Part shown: positions 62,198 through 64,000 of the stretch, piece by piece
Position numbering within the stretch: the first letter of the stretch is position 1
Layout of the letters: the number at the start of each line of letters is the position of its first letter
Source of the DNA: an uncultured delta proteobacterium
GTDB taxonomy: Bacteria > Myxococcota_A > Polyangia > Polyangiales > Polyangiaceae
DNA: 64,000 nt
Direction: 5' to 3'
Assembly (NCBI GenBank): GCA_963696385.1
Contig: CAVOKF010000004.1
Location: 704,001-768,000 of the forward strand
Program-made: the position numbers and the translations under genes
The notes under the pieces: generated by a model
The model's input: only the letters and a program-made list of their open reading frames with translations
The model's database searches: none
Told to the model about the DNA's origin: nothing

Positions 62198-62431
62198 GAT
62201 CGCGAAACGCGCCGGCTTCCAAGAGCCGCTAGCGTGACGCATCGCCTAAATGGCCAGAGTTATTTTTAGCCGTTCGTCTTCGTCTGGCGCGCCGAATGCT
62301 TTCCACCTTTGTGTGGGATCCGATGGCCGAAATGACCCTGTCGAGCGCGAGACAAGGGGGCAGAGCGCCCCGGTTGCGGCCGATCGCTGTCGCGCCTTGC
62401 CGCGGCCGCGTGTTTGCGATGGACGGGCATC

Positions 62432-63100
62432 GTGAGAGTGTTGATTCTCGAGGACGACAAGAGACTGGCCTCCTTTCTCGCGCGCGTGCTCACGGAGGAG
62501 GGGTTTGCCGTCGATGGGTGCGCGTGTGGCGCCGACGCCATCGCTCAGGCCGAGGGGGTTGCCTACGACCTCATCCTGCTCGACTGGATCGTCCCCGACA
62601 TGGATGGACTGAGCGTGTGCCGCGAGATCCGTCGATCCGGTCGCACGGCGCCCATTCTCATGCTGACGGCTCGATCGGAGACACGCGAGCGCGTCCTCGG
62701 ACTCGAGGCGGGCGCCGACGACTACATGGGCAAGCCGTTCGAAGTGGACGAGCTCGTCGCTCGAATCCGCGCTCTGCTGCGCAGGACGTCGGGTTTTGCC
62801 GCAATGCGTTATGGTGATCTCGAGCTCGACCGCGTCACGCGTCAAGCCAAGATGGCCGGGGTCACGCTCACGCTCACGCATCGCGAGTACGCCTTGTTGG
62901 TTCACTTGGTGCACCGCGCCGACCGGATCGTGACGCGGTCGGACCTTCTGTCCCACGTCTGGGCCCTTCGTTTCGACCCCGGCTCGAATCTGCTCGAAGT
63001 GCACATCAGCCGATTGCGCGACAAATTCGGGGATCGCGCGTGGATGATCGAAACGGTGCGCGGGGTCGGTTACCGCCTGCGCCGGCAGCGGGCAGCATGA
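62432..63100 (+). CDS. OmpR family response regulator
   Basis: VLILEDD, YDLILLD, PILMLTAR, GADDYMGKPF, LTHREY.LL, IETVRGVGY. Confidence 0.96.
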   Translation: MRVLILEDDKRLASFLARVLTEEGFAVDGCACGADAIAQAEGVAYDLILLDWIVPDMDGLSVCREIRRSGRTAPILMLTARSETRERVLGLEAGADDYMGKPFEVDELVARIRALLRRTSGFAAMRYGDLELDRVTRQAKMAGVTLTLTHREYALLVHLVHRADRIVTRSDLLSHVWALRFDPGSNLLEVHISRLRDKFGDRAWMIETVRGVGYRLRRQRAA

Positions 63101-64000
63101 GCCTCCGAGGCCGTTTCGTAGCCGCCTCGTCGCTCGTCGCGTTCACGACGTTGAGCGGGGCCTTTTCGGCCGTCTGGTTTGCGTACGGCGCGATGCAAGA
63201 GCGAAAGCTCGACGGATCTCTTCTCGCGGAAGCCGCCGAGGACGCGGTCGACGCATCCTCCGACCGTCCTGCCGAAGCCAACCGTCCCACTCTGCGCCGG
63301 GGTGAGCTCGGGCCCATCACGAAGTACGCGGCGATCTACGACTCCGGCGGACAGGCCCTCGTCTGGACCCCCAATCTCGAAGCCGCACGCCCGCGCATGG
63401 ATTTCATCCGGCATCCGTTCGGATCGCCGTTCGATTTTTGGTGGAACAACGAGCATCTGCGAGCCGTGCTGGTCCCTGTCCCGACCGATCGCGGGCAGTC
63501 GCTCCTGCTGGCCACCCCGCGCACGGACCTCGACGGCGATGCCCGGGATCTGGAGCGGCGCATGATGGCGGCCGTTCTGGTGGCGGTCGTGGCCTCGGCG
63601 GCGGCCACGTCGTGGCTTGCGCGTCGGCTCACCCGAGACCACGATCGCATCGCCGCCGTCGCGCGCGCCGTGGCCGCGGGAGACTTGTCCGCGCGCATCG
63701 GTCCGACTTCGGGCGATCCCGAGATGGTCCGTCTCGGACGAGACTTCGACGACATGGTCTCGCGGTTGGCGGTCGTGGTCGAGACCCAGCAGCGCTTCAT
63801 CGCCAACGCCTCGCACGAACTTCGATCGCCGGTCACGACCCTGCTCGGCGAGCTTTCTTTCGCCTTGCGGCGCGACCGCGACGCCACCACGTACCGCGAG
63901 TCGATCGAGGAGGCTCTCGGTTCTGCGAGACGCTTGAGAGTCGTCACCGAGGAGTTGCTGGCGCTTGCGCGCATGGGGGCTACGGAGCCGGCACGCGAGA
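63097..64000 (+). CDS. HAMP-domain sensor histidine kinase (3'-truncated by window edge)
   Basis: Manual translation from ATG 63097 (ATGA overlap): MSLRGRFVAA TM1..TM2..AVAAGDLSARI..EMVRLGRDFDDMVSRL..FIANASHELRSP. Confidence 0.92.
   Translation, partial: MSLRGRFVAASSLVAFTTLSGAFSAVWFAYGAMQERKLDGSLLAEAAEDAVDASSDRPAEANRPTLRRGELGPITKYAAIYDSGGQALVWTPNLEAARPRMDFIRHPFGSPFDFWWNNEHLRAVLVPVPTDRGQSLLLATPRTDLDGDARDLERRMMAAVLVAVVASAAATSWLARRLTRDHDRIAAVARAVAAGDLSARIGPTSGDPEMVRLGRDFDDMVSRLAVVVETQQRFIANASHELRSPVTTLLGELSFALRRDRDATTYRESIEEALGSARRLRVVTEELLALARMGATEPARE

Noticed and set aside
16418..64000. Genomic island integrated at tRNA-Pro
   Set aside because: No integrase and no duplicate of the tRNA 3' end seen in the window; no obvious GC shift; core-like genes (ppk1, zwf) lie downstream

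Overview
High-GC bacterial chromosome segment. Gene content (PEGA protein, AgmX/PglI-type protein, FHA-sigma54 activator, FHA-GGDEF, many Cys-rich lipoproteins) points to Myxococcota, probably Polyangiaceae/Sorangiineae (inference). The left part (1-16.5 kb) is mostly housekeeping: rsmD, truA, degP/htrA, a probable bacterial ceramide synthase/reductase pair, secA, SCP2, SDR and tRNA-Pro(TGG). The right part is an accessory-like mosaic: ppk1, a di-heme c beta-propeller lipoprotein coupled to a small secreted peptide, a minus-strand cluster encoding an exported kinase-fold lipoprotein + methyltransferase + NTT-like/HEAT transporter + tandem cNMP protein, ECF sigma/ZAS anti-sigma, ALDH/GMC, a TonB receptor with Fur-like boxes, transporters, zwf, CusA/CzcA with an SbtB-like PII protein, and a two-component system. 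Three genes carry single-base frameshifts, all at GATC/GAATC sites, which suggests assembly errors. I saw no CRISPR array, rRNA, integrase or transposase. Family calls come from motif recognition by eye, not database searches.
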